Notes: generated by a model from the sequence alone, not told the origin. Numbered from the stretch's first letter, positions 1 to 8,405 are shown. The stretch is 52,694 bases of DNA from Eubacteriales bacterium (GCA_045546815.1 JAZQDN010000089.1:1-52694); one strand, 5' to 3'. Numbers and translations: made by a program.

Positions 1-462
1 GCCCATACCGATGTAGCAGATCATCGACAGCACCGCGTACTTTTTAAGGTCGATCGCGGTGAACACCGATGCAAACGCCGCAAGCCCCCATACGAGCCCG
101 AACAGTACCCACGCCCACCCCTTTGACTCGGCGCGAATGGCGCAAAACAGTATCGGTGTGTACGTTCCGCCGATAAGCAGATAGATGGTGCAGTGGTCAA
201 TGACCTGCATAACCTTTTTTGCGTGCGACGGCTTTAGCGCGTGGTATACGCTCGAAACGGTGTACAGCGCAATCATCGACCCGCCGTAAATCGCCGAGCC
301 GACCACCGCCCACGCGTTTTTGTGAAGCACCGATAAAATAACGCACATAACAAGCGCAATAACGCCAAAGCCCGCGCCCACGATGTGCGTCACCATATTG
401 AAGATCTCCTCGCCCTTTGTATAGTCGGGAAGAACCCTGTCCTTGATTTTTGTCCGTGTCAT
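1..462 (-). CDS. Hemolysin III / PAQR-family membrane protein (C-terminal part cut by window edge)
   Basis: Minus-strand frame is open from ATG at 462 (AAAGGAG upstream) to position 1. My translation is MTRTKIKDRVLPDYTKGEEIFNMVTHIVGAGFG...VIDHCTIYLLIGGTYTP..., which has Hly-III-type His and DH..IY..GTYTP motifs. Absent from the ORF track because it runs off the edge. Confidence 0.8.
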   Translation of the reverse strand, partial: MTRTKIKDRVLPDYTKGEEIFNMVTHIVGAGFGVIALVMCVILSVLHKNAWAVVGSAIYGGSMIALYTVSSVYHALKPSHAKKVMQVIDHCTIYLLIGGTYTPILFCAIRAESKGWAWVLFGLVWGLAAFASVFTAIDLKKYAVLSMICYIGMG

Positions 463-487
463 AGCTCTTTTCTCCTTTGCTGTCAAA

Positions 488-516
488 ATAATATCAGCAC
501 CGCCGTAATATATCAA
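488..516 (-). promoter_or_regulatory. Sigma-A-type promoter for the hemolysin III gene
   Basis: On the minus strand: TTGATA, 17 nt, TATTAT. About 25 nt upstream of the RBS. Confidence 0.55.
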
Positions 517-556
517 CCTACCGTTGTTATTTTCAGATAAACCGTTAGATCTTATT

Positions 557-593
557 CGGTAGAGAAAAATTTTTTCACTCTACCGTCGGTAGA
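557..593. promoter_or_regulatory. Candidate operator: perfect palindrome TCTACCGtCGGTAGA plus a third half-site
   Basis: CGGTAGAG at 557-564, CTCTACCG at 578-585, CGGTAGA at 587-593. Lies in the divergent intergenic region. Confidence 0.35.
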
Positions 594-634
594 AACCGAG
601 CTGCCACGCCGATTTTGGATATTTTTTTAAAATT

Positions 635-669
635 TTGAAACATTTTGACCTGTTTAAAACATATATAAG
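635..669 (+). promoter_or_regulatory. Motif-type promoter (copy a): TTGAAACATTTTG ... CATATATAAG
   Basis: TGAAAC at 636-641, an 18-nt spacer, CATATA at 660-665. Directly upstream of the RBS of the 688 gene. Shared with copies at 19681-19711 and 52611-52641. Confidence 0.5.
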
Positions 670-687
670 TGAAAGGAGTTGATTTTA

Positions 688-2010
688 ATGAAAAAGCTAC
701 TCTCAATATTGCTTATTTTTATACTTGTTTTTTCCTGTGTCGGTTGTAAGAAAAAGGCTGATGACGAAACGGCTGAAGCCATACCCGACATAAGCGCCAA
801 TGACACACAGACCGAACAAGAAAAAAATCCGGTTGAACAAGCAGAGGAGGAAGCAAAGCTCCCCGCCGATGATACCCCGAAAACCGATGATGAAGAAATC
901 AGGATCGAAGGCTCGGTAACCACTTCGTGCGGCATCAGTAATTATGAACAGCCTGATGAGCAAAAGCTGCTCGGGGTCTTCCCCGATTCACTGTCCGACA
1001 CCGACAGACAAGCACTAAAGGACATTGCAAACAGTAAAAACCCGATAGCCACCGTTTCAAAGCGTATTGAAGAAGGTGCGGGCTGCAGATTTTACTATCA
1101 AGCAAAAGCAAAAGAGCTTATTGAAATGCTTGCAAGCTTTGAGTACACGGGTGATTTGTGCAAGTGCTTTGCCGACAACGTTGTTTATATAGGCGAAAAT
1201 CCCGAATTTGCCTTTGCTCTTAAACGACACACCGAGGACGGAAACTACGAAAGCGTTGAGCACGGCAGTACAAGCTATCAGCTTACAGCAGAGCAGGGCG
1301 AAAGAATAACACAGCTTGTACAGGCAATGTATGACGAAAAGAACTATAAGTCAATTGAAGGCAAAGAGAATACTGTGGAATTTATGCAGAGAAAGGGCAA
1401 CAGCTTTGTATGGTATTCGTTTAAAAATGCCGATGCAGACAGACTTATTTATCTTACCCATAACATAGAAAAGAAAGAGCCCATAATGACAGATGATATC
1501 GACTGTCGGTTTGTCAACACAATATCAATGCGTTTTGCGCTTAACTGTGAAAAGCCGTATATAACAGCAGACAATAATTCAGCATACCTTAATGAAAAGC
1601 AGCTGAAAGAAATAAAAGATATTTTAAGCCGCAACTGTACAGAACAAAACATCAAAGATAATCCCGACGAAACGATGCCTGTTTTTGTAAAGGATCTAAA
1701 ATCCGAAAAGCTGTATTCATTTACAAACGATGTCTCATCATTTTTAATAAACTATATTATGTTTTACAGCTACTTTGATTTGGATGTCAGCTGTAGCTGT
1801 CAAAAGGATTATACTATCTACTCACACTATCATATTTATAAGCAAATGAACAAAGAAATTGTAAAAGATACGTATAACATCGGTTTTGTTGATGGAATTG
1901 TACATTTGACAATGCACGATAAATATCATCTTGTACTGTCAAAAGAGGACAGCGAATTTGTAAAACAAATTATAGACACCTACTGCACAGAAGAAAATAT
2001 CGCAAAATAA
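688..2010 (+). CDS. Exported lipoprotein of unknown function with three internal Cys-containing repeats
   Basis: ATG at 688 lies 9 nt after AAGGAG (673-678); the track start TTG 679 is less likely. Signal peptide MKKLLSILLIFILVFSCVGC has a lipobox-like Cys, followed by an acidic linker. No family recognised. Confidence 0.75.
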   Translation: MKKLLSILLIFILVFSCVGCKKKADDETAEAIPDISANDTQTEQEKNPVEQAEEEAKLPADDTPKTDDEEIRIEGSVTTSCGISNYEQPDEQKLLGVFPDSLSDTDRQALKDIANSKNPIATVSKRIEEGAGCRFYYQAKAKELIEMLASFEYTGDLCKCFADNVVYIGENPEFAFALKRHTEDGNYESVEHGSTSYQLTAEQGERITQLVQAMYDEKNYKSIEGKENTVEFMQRKGNSFVWYSFKNADADRLIYLTHNIEKKEPIMTDDIDCRFVNTISMRFALNCEKPYITADNNSAYLNEKQLKEIKDILSRNCTEQNIKDNPDETMPVFVKDLKSEKLYSFTNDVSSFLINYIMFYSYFDLDVSCSCQKDYTIYSHYHIYKQMNKEIVKDTYNIGFVDGIVHLTMHDKYHLVLSKEDSEFVKQIIDTYCTEENIAK

Positions 2011-2015
2011 AAAAG

Positions 2016-2045
2016 GCTCCCTTGTGTAAAGGGAGCTGAATTTTT
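2016..2045 (+). terminator. Rho-independent terminator after the lipoprotein gene
   Basis: 8-bp stem GCTCCCTT/AAGGGAGC, 5-nt loop, TTTTT 4 nt downstream. Confidence 0.65.
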
Positions 2046-2054
2046 GCATTCATG

Positions 2055-2099
2055 CAAAAAGACTGAGGGATTGTTATTTATATCTCTCAGTCTTTTTTA
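2055..2099. terminator. Bidirectional hairpin at the LysR 3' end
   Basis: 11-bp stem AGACTGAGGGA/TCTCTCAGTCT (one G-U), with the LysR stop codon in the loop. A-run on one side and T-run on the other. Confidence 0.55.
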
Positions 2100-2964
2100 T
2101 TATGTCTATAAGTGCTGTGACCGCGGGCGATACCCAGCGGCTTTTGTGGCACAGCACCTGACAGTAATACTCCTGCGGCTCGATGTCTGTGTCGATTTTT
2201 ACAAGCCCGCCGTCCTGCAGCTTGTCCGTTATCGCGTACTCGGGCAAAAACGCAATGCCCATCCCGCGCTTTACAAGCTCGGTTATTACATAAACGCTGT
2301 CCACCTCGACCGAGGTCAGCACCACTGCGCTGTGCCTTGCCGCAAGCTGCTTTAAGCGCGTGTAGCACACGCCCTCGCGCTCTGTCACCAAAAACTCGTG
2401 CGACATAAGCTCGTCTGCACCTACCCCCTGCTTTGAGGCAAGCGGATGATTTTTTGCGCACACAAACACGATGCGCTCCTTTTTGCAGTCGTAGCAGCAG
2501 ATATCGGGGTCGGTGTTGAGGTCGGCAGAGGTGTAAACGATATCCAGCTCGTTTTGCTTGAGCTCCTTTAAAAGCTGTGACGTATGCCCCGTCTTGATGC
2601 ACAGCTCAACGTCGCTGTAGTCACGCTTGAACTGCGGCAGTATTTTCAAAAGCTTTGCAAACATAACAGACTCGGGCACACCTATGCGCAGTCTGCCCCG
2701 CTCACAGCTTTTGCTCTTTGACATCGCCTCCGCCTTGCCCGCGATATGCAAAAGCTCATATGCATAGTTCAAAAACTCCTCACCGAGCGCCGTAAGCGAG
2801 ATCCTTTTACCTATTCTGTCAAAAAGCGGAAACCCCAGCTCGCGCTCAAGCTGCTGTATCTGCATCGTCACCGTCGACTGCACATAGCAAAGCTCCGCCG
2901 CCGCCTTTGTAAAGCTGCCGAGCTCCGCCGTTTTGACAAACGTTTTTACACACCGTAGATCCAT
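2074..2964 (-). CDS. LysR-family transcriptional regulator
   Basis: 296 aa. N-terminal wHTH FVKTAELGSFTKAAAELCYVQSTVTMQIQQLE is typical of LysR. Divergent from the 3076 gene. Confidence 0.85.
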   Translation of the reverse strand: MDLRCVKTFVKTAELGSFTKAAAELCYVQSTVTMQIQQLERELGFPLFDRIGKRISLTALGEEFLNYAYELLHIAGKAEAMSKSKSCERGRLRIGVPESVMFAKLLKILPQFKRDYSDVELCIKTGHTSQLLKELKQNELDIVYTSADLNTDPDICCYDCKKERIVFVCAKNHPLASKQGVGADELMSHEFLVTEREGVCYTRLKQLAARHSAVVLTSVEVDSVYVITELVKRGMGIAFLPEYAITDKLQDGGLVKIDTDIEPQEYYCQVLCHKSRWVSPAVTALIDIIKKTERYK

Positions 2965-2984
2965 ACCCTATCCCCATATATCAA

Positions 2985-3004
2985 AATAATTGATGAACAT
3001 TATT
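2985..3004. promoter_or_regulatory. Candidate LysR-type box (inverted repeat AATAAT-N8-ATTATT)
   Basis: Located in the LysR/YitT divergent region, followed by the direct repeat CTTTTCAAATTA at 3016-3027 and 3030-3041. Confidence 0.3.
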
Positions 3005-3075
3005 TAAAACATTCGCTTTTCAAATTACACTTTTCAAATTATACTGTTGCTATAACAAAAAATCAAGGGGATATT

Positions 3076-3966
3076 ATGAAAAAACATTTAAAAACGCTCA
3101 CGTCTTACCTGATTATCATTGCGGCGGCAATACTGCTTGCCGTAAACTATCATATTTTCATTATCGAAAACAACTTTGCACCCGCAGGCCTTAACGGTAT
3201 CGCCACAATGGTGCAGTACAAAACGGGCTTTAGCATAAGCTATATGTCACTGCTCATAAACATACCCCTGTGTGTGCTCGCATACTTTTTCATAAACCGC
3301 GACTTTGCGTTCAAAAACCTCGCGTTCACGCTCGCCTACTCGCTGTCATACCTGTATATGCAGGGCTTTGACCTGACCTTTTTCAAATACGACGCGCAGG
3401 GTCACGACACCATCTTCCCCGTTATCATAAGCGGTATCATAAGCGGCTGGGTATACGGCGTCTGCTTTAAGCATAACGCGTCGGCGGGCGGACTTGCAAT
3501 CGTATCGAAGTATATAAGCAAGGTGCGCCCCAACGCAAACTTTTTCATCGTCACCTTTGCCTTAAACGGCGTTGTCGCCGTAGCATCGCTTTTTGTATAC
3601 GCCGACGGTGGCGGCATAAGCTACAAGCCGGTTGCACTGTGCATTGCTTACGTCTTTATTTCAAACTTTGTCGGAAACCACATTATAAAGGGCTCAAAAA
3701 CCGCCTATAAATTTACTGTGATAACGACCCACCCCGACGAAATAACAAGCGAAATAACGCATATCCTAAAGCACGGCGCAACAAAGGTGTCGGCACTCGG
3801 CGGATATACGGGCGAGGAAAAATCAGTGCTTATCTGTGTTGTAAACAAGCATCAGCTCGTCGACTTCAAAAGGATAATTGATAAATACGACAACACCTTT
3901 TCTTTCTACGAGCAGGTAAACGAAACATACGGCAACTTTAAAAACATAAAGAGCAAAGTGGTTTAA
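3076..3966 (+). CDS. YitT-family membrane protein (C-terminal DUF2179-like domain)
   Basis: Multi-TM N-terminus with an NFAPAGLNGIA segment, and a soluble C-terminal ~80 aa typical of YitT/DUF2179 proteins. Confidence 0.7.
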   Translation: MKKHLKTLTSYLIIIAAAILLAVNYHIFIIENNFAPAGLNGIATMVQYKTGFSISYMSLLINIPLCVLAYFFINRDFAFKNLAFTLAYSLSYLYMQGFDLTFFKYDAQGHDTIFPVIISGIISGWVYGVCFKHNASAGGLAIVSKYISKVRPNANFFIVTFALNGVVAVASLFVYADGGGISYKPVALCIAYVFISNFVGNHIIKGSKTAYKFTVITTHPDEITSEITHILKHGATKVSALGGYTGEEKSVLICVVNKHQLVDFKRIIDKYDNTFSFYEQVNETYGNFKNIKSKVV

Positions 3967-5312
3967 ACCATTTTGCTCTTTTTATAATATGTAACAAACA
4001 GCACAAACAAAACAAGATTATGCGCTATCATACACGCCCACGCGGACACAAGCCCCATCGACGCAAAATGTATGCAGATAAACGTACCGACAATGCGCAC
4101 ACCCCACATCGTTAAGATGTTAAAGGCAAACGGCACCTTTGTGTTGCCCGTGCCCTGCAGCATACCCTCAATTATTATCGACACGCCGTAAAACGGCTCG
4201 GACAGCGCCACCATACGAAGCACCGCACTGCCAAGCAAAATGACCTCCTGCGACTTTGAAAAGATGCCGACCATTGCGGGCGCAAACGCAAACAAAAGTC
4301 CGCCCGACACTGTCATAAGCGCCGTTTCAATAACAACGAGCGTTGACGACAGCTTTTTCATACGCACCGCGTCCTTTGCGCCGAGCGCGTTGCCCGCAAG
4401 CGTTGCCGCCGCGGTCTGCATACCGTAGCCGGGGATATAAAAAGCCGACTCAACGGTGTTTGCGATCGTGTGTGCCGCCGTTGCGGTGTCGCCGAGCGAG
4501 TTTATCATCGCCGCAAACGCAACGTAGCCAAACGACGTACCAAAGCGCTGCAGCATATTGGGTATTGCGACCTTAAGACACGGCTTTAATATAACGGGGT
4601 CAGGCTTTATGCTCTCGCCCCGCGGCGATATCTCGCGGTGTAGGAGCAGTGCAACGGTTATCAGCACACCGCCCACAGCATATGCAATTGCCGACGCGAC
4701 CGCCGCACCGATAACGCCCAGTCCCGCGCCAAGCACCGTTATATTCAGCACCTTACGCGTGGGATAGATAAGTAAAAAATTTAAAATAACGTTTAAGACG
4801 TTTACAATAATACCGATGCGCATCGGCGTCTTTGTGTCGCCGACCGCGCGAAGCACCGTGCCGAATATCGCCGTTGCCGCACGAGGCAGCATCGGCAGAT
4901 AGAGAATGAAAAAGTATTGCGACGCGACTGCGCGTATGCCTTCATCCACCTGCATCCAGACGGGCACCCACCCCGCAAGCAACAGAGTCAGCACCGTAAA
5001 AAACACGCCCGATATCAGCACCGCGAGCACCGACTGCGCGCTCGCACGCTTCGCAAGGTCGTGGTTTCCCGCGCCCTTTTGCTTTGCAATAAACGCTAAA
5101 AACCCAACACCGAGCGCAGACACCGTTCCGTTTATCAGCCAGTTCACCGTGGTAGTCGAGCCCACTGCCGCCGTTGCCTGCGTTCCGAGCGTGCCTACCA
5201 TCGCGGTGTCAATATACTGCACCGCCGTCTGCATCAGCTGTTCGAGCATTGTCGGCAGCGCAAGTGACATTATAACGGGGACCATTCCCCGACTGAAGTT
5301 AGTTTTTATCAT
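3963..5312 (-). CDS. MATE-family efflux transporter
   Basis: 449 aa, about 12 TM. N-terminus LALPTMLEQLMQTAVQYIDTAMVGTLG is typical of MATE/NorM. Start overlaps the ABC gene stop by 14 nt. Confidence 0.85.
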   Translation of the reverse strand: MIKTNFSRGMVPVIMSLALPTMLEQLMQTAVQYIDTAMVGTLGTQATAAVGSTTTVNWLINGTVSALGVGFLAFIAKQKGAGNHDLAKRASAQSVLAVLISGVFFTVLTLLLAGWVPVWMQVDEGIRAVASQYFFILYLPMLPRAATAIFGTVLRAVGDTKTPMRIGIIVNVLNVILNFLLIYPTRKVLNITVLGAGLGVIGAAVASAIAYAVGGVLITVALLLHREISPRGESIKPDPVILKPCLKVAIPNMLQRFGTSFGYVAFAAMINSLGDTATAAHTIANTVESAFYIPGYGMQTAAATLAGNALGAKDAVRMKKLSSTLVVIETALMTVSGGLLFAFAPAMVGIFSKSQEVILLGSAVLRMVALSEPFYGVSIIIEGMLQGTGNTKVPFAFNILTMWGVRIVGTFICIHFASMGLVSAWACMIAHNLVLFVLFVTYYKKSKMV

Positions 5313-7176
5313 TGATATCCTTTAAAACTGCAAAAAACTGCGTCTCGTACAGATTTTTATAAACACCGTCATTTTTCAAAAGCTCGGCGTGCGTGCCGCG
5401 CTCCGCCACTTTTCCGTGCTCAAGCACGATTATCTCGTCAGCCGCCATAACGGTCGACAGTCTGTGCGCGATAACAAGGCTTGTACGGTTTTTGAGCAGC
5501 GGCTCAAGCGCCCGCTGTATTGCAAACTCGCTTATGCTGTCAAGCGAGCTTGTCGCCTCGTCAAGTATCAGCATAACGGGGTCCTTGAGAATTGCGCGCG
5601 CAATCGAAATCCGCTGTTTTTCACCACCCGACAGCTTAAAGCCGCGGTTGCCGACAACGGTGTCATACCCCTGCGGCAGTGTCATAATAAAATCGTGTAT
5701 GTTAGCGTCGCGGCAGGCGGAGATTATCTCGTCCTCTGTCGCGTCAGGCTTTGCAAAAAGCAGGTTTTCGCGCACGGTCGAGTTAAACAGATAGCTCTCC
5801 TGCGTTACAACACCGATGTTTGAGCGCAGATATTCAAGGTCGATATCCTTTACGTTTACGCCGTCAAAGCACACCTCTCCCGCAGTTACATCGTAAAGAC
5901 GGGGTATGAGCGAGGCGATAGTTGACTTACCCGCGCCCGACGCACCAACCACCGCGAGCGTCTTGCCCACGGGCAGCTTAAAGCTGACACCGTCAAGCGT
6001 TTCCTTTTCCTCGGTGTAGCTGAAGTGCACGTTTTTAAACTCGATCTCGCCCGCCTTTTTGTCGGGTATTTTTGGGTTTTTGGGCGATTTTATCGTAACG
6101 GGCATATCGTAATATTCAAAAATTCGCTCAAACAGCGCCATCGAGCGCACAACATCCACCTGTATACCAAAAAGCTGGTCAACGGGGCGGTACAGCCGCG
6201 AAAGCAGTGTTACAATAACGGTAACGTCACCGACGGTGAGCGAAAAGCCGGGCAGCTTCATCATAATAATACCGCCCATAAGGTAAACGAGCAGCGGTCC
6301 CATACCCGTCATAATGCTCATTGCGCGCCAGAACCACATACCCGCCATCCGCTCGCGGATAGTAAGACGGGTGCACTCCTTGTTGACAGCCTTGTACTCC
6401 TCAAGCTGCTGCTTTTCCTTGGTAAACAGCTTTGTCAGCTGCTGACCGCTGACCGACAGCGTTTCGTTCAGGTGCTGATTCATCTTGTCCTGCTCCGCCT
6501 GCGTCAGCGTTGCAAGCTTCCACCGTCTTTTGCCGACACTTATCGTAGGTATTGACAAAAGCGGCACAAGCACCATCCCCATCAGCGCAAGCAGCCAGTT
6601 TTTCTGAAAAAGCGCAATGACCGTCACGACAATGGTGCAGACGTTTGAAAAAATGCTCGCCATCGTGCCCGATATCACGCTCTGCACACCGCTGATGTCG
6701 CTTGTCATTCGCGTGATGATGTCGCCCTGCATATTTGACGTAAAAAAGCTCTGCGGCATCTTTTGCAGGTGCGCGTACATCTGGTTGCGCATATCGTAGC
6801 TTATGTGCTGGGCAACCCACGTGTTCATATACGTTTCAACAACGGTTATAAGGTTTGACACGACAAGCACGACCGCCGCCGCAATAATCAGCTTTACAAG
6901 CAGCGGAAAGTTGCCCGCGATAAGTCCGTCGTCAATCATACGTCCTGTCAGCATACTCGGCAAAACACCGAAAATCGCCGACACGATTATTGTGACAAAC
7001 ACGAGAATAAGCTTCCACTTATACGGTGCAAGGTATGATAAAATACGCTTTACAAACGGAAGCGTTATTTTTGGCATATTCTTTTTTTCTTCCTCGGTAA
7101 GCGTGCGTCCGATTGCGCGCCTGCCGCCGTACTGGGCTCTGGGCGGCGGTCCGCCCGGACCTCCCGGTCCTGCCAT
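5299..7176 (-). CDS. ABC exporter, fused permease/ATPase (MsbA-like half transporter)
   Basis: Walker A GASGAGKST, signature LSGGEKQR, Walker B LILDEATS, six N-terminal TM helices. Start set to ATG 7176 (GAGGTG 6 nt upstream) rather than GTG 7185. Confidence 0.85.
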   Translation of the reverse strand: MAGPGGPGGPPPRAQYGGRRAIGRTLTEEEKKNMPKITLPFVKRILSYLAPYKWKLILVFVTIIVSAIFGVLPSMLTGRMIDDGLIAGNFPLLVKLIIAAAVVLVVSNLITVVETYMNTWVAQHISYDMRNQMYAHLQKMPQSFFTSNMQGDIITRMTSDISGVQSVISGTMASIFSNVCTIVVTVIALFQKNWLLALMGMVLVPLLSIPTISVGKRRWKLATLTQAEQDKMNQHLNETLSVSGQQLTKLFTKEKQQLEEYKAVNKECTRLTIRERMAGMWFWRAMSIMTGMGPLLVYLMGGIIMMKLPGFSLTVGDVTVIVTLLSRLYRPVDQLFGIQVDVVRSMALFERIFEYYDMPVTIKSPKNPKIPDKKAGEIEFKNVHFSYTEEKETLDGVSFKLPVGKTLAVVGASGAGKSTIASLIPRLYDVTAGEVCFDGVNVKDIDLEYLRSNIGVVTQESYLFNSTVRENLLFAKPDATEDEIISACRDANIHDFIMTLPQGYDTVVGNRGFKLSGGEKQRISIARAILKDPVMLILDEATSSLDSISEFAIQRALEPLLKNRTSLVIAHRLSTVMAADEIIVLEHGKVAERGTHAELLKNDGVYKNLYETQFFAVLKDINDKN

Positions 7177-7209
7177 AGCAATCACCTCAAATTAATATTT
7201 GTAAAGGCT

Positions 7210-7241
7210 ATTATACCACAAAAATTCCTCTCTGTAAACAC
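7210..7241 (-). promoter_or_regulatory. Extended -10 promoter for the ABC-MATE operon
   Basis: Minus strand: TTTACA (in the terminator loop), 17 nt, TGgTATAAT. Confidence 0.55.
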
Positions 7242-7251
7242 AGAGAGGAAT
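7224..7251 (-). terminator. Terminator of the metallophosphoesterase gene
   Basis: 12-bp perfect stem ATTCCTCTCTGT/ACAGAGAGGAAT, 4-nt loop, TTTTT on the minus strand. Confidence 0.8.
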
Positions 7252-7262
7252 TAATTAACTGA

Positions 7263-8405
7263 TTATTTAATAAGTTCAAGAGTTCTGTTGCGGTCGGAGC
7301 GGTCGATTTCAAAGTTGTCGTTAAACTCAACGCGAGCGGTGTAATCGTCAAGCGTGATCGATGCGCTGAGTTGTCCGCGTCCGCTCTCTTTTTTAAACGG
7401 CACGCCGCCTACAATAACGGGGCAGGTCTGTCCGCGGGTATCAAGCGGTCCGCCAACCTCGTAAACCTCGGCGCGATGGATATGACCCACAATGTGAAGC
7501 TGGGGCTTTATGTTTTCGCCGACAAGCTTTGACCACTCGTCATAAATTTCGTTTTCGATATCAAAGATACCGCCGTGCTTCATAGTAAATGGGTTATGTA
7601 CGATAATAAAGCGGTACTTAACGCCGTCTGCAAGGTACTCGTTTTCAGCGTTTGCTATAACATCTTTAATAAACTGTGTCTGTTCAAGTCTGAACTCGTG
7701 ACCGACGTTTATACCAAAATCGCCGCCGTATGCCTCGTGATTGTCAGCCTTATCCTCACCGCAGTCAAGAATCATCGCCCAGATATTACCTACGCGTACC
7801 GTGTAATAGAACTTGCCGTTTTTGGTAGGCACGACCTCTGACAGATGCTCGGCATAATAGCCGCGTGTGTCGTGGTTACCGCGCGAGTGGATAACGGTGC
7901 GCTGACCCTGTGTAATTGCACCTGCAATTTCATAAACAAGGAACAGATTGCCGTATTCACCCATATTATCAGTCGGAATATCGCCGTTCATAATAAGCAG
8001 GTCGATATCGTCACCGTAGCGGTCCTGTGCACCTTTTATGGGGTGAGTGATTCTGCCGTGTGAGTCAGAAATATGATAGATATTAATAGGTCTGTCGGTG
8101 GGAACGGGTCTGAAGGGGATGGTAACCGATTCCGGCTCAAGAAGTATTCTCGGTTTTTCAATAACGCGGCGATAGCTCACCGTGTATTCCTTTGCGCTGT
8201 CAAGCTCTGCCATTGGCACAACAACCTTGTGAACAGGTGTATGTGAACGCATAAGTCCGTTATCCGCATCATAATAATGCTTGCCGTTTACAGTAACCCT
8301 GAATATAACATCAGCGCGTGTGAGCGCCATAATGTGATAATCGTGACCAACTGCAAAAACTATAGGTGAACTTTTAAGTTCAATCGGTAATTTGATTTGT
8401 TCCAT
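7263..8405 (-). CDS. Calcineurin-like metallophosphoesterase
   Basis: Ordered motifs ISDSHG, NGD, GNHD, VHNP and GHIH follow an N-terminal ~100-aa beta-rich domain. Monocistronic, with its own terminator. Confidence 0.75.
   Translation of the reverse strand: MEQIKLPIELKSSPIVFAVGHDYHIMALTRADVIFRVTVNGKHYYDADNGLMRSHTPVHKVVVPMAELDSAKEYTVSYRRVIEKPRILLEPESVTIPFRPVPTDRPINIYHISDSHGRITHPIKGAQDRYGDDIDLLIMNGDIPTDNMGEYGNLFLVYEIAGAITQGQRTVIHSRGNHDTRGYYAEHLSEVVPTKNGKFYYTVRVGNIWAMILDCGEDKADNHEAYGGDFGINVGHEFRLEQTQFIKDVIANAENEYLADGVKYRFIIVHNPFTMKHGGIFDIENEIYDEWSKLVGENIKPQLHIVGHIHRAEVYEVGGPLDTRGQTCPVIVGGVPFKKESGRGQLSASITLDDYTARVEFNDNFEIDRSDRNRTLELIK

Noticed and set aside
635-647. Reading TTGAAACATTTTG as a CcpA cre site or as an ECF (TGAAAC-N16-CGTA) promoter.
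   Set aside because: It lacks the central CG of cre. The -10 region is CAT(A/T)TATA rather than CGTA/CGTC, and the spacer is 18 nt, so neither assignment fits.
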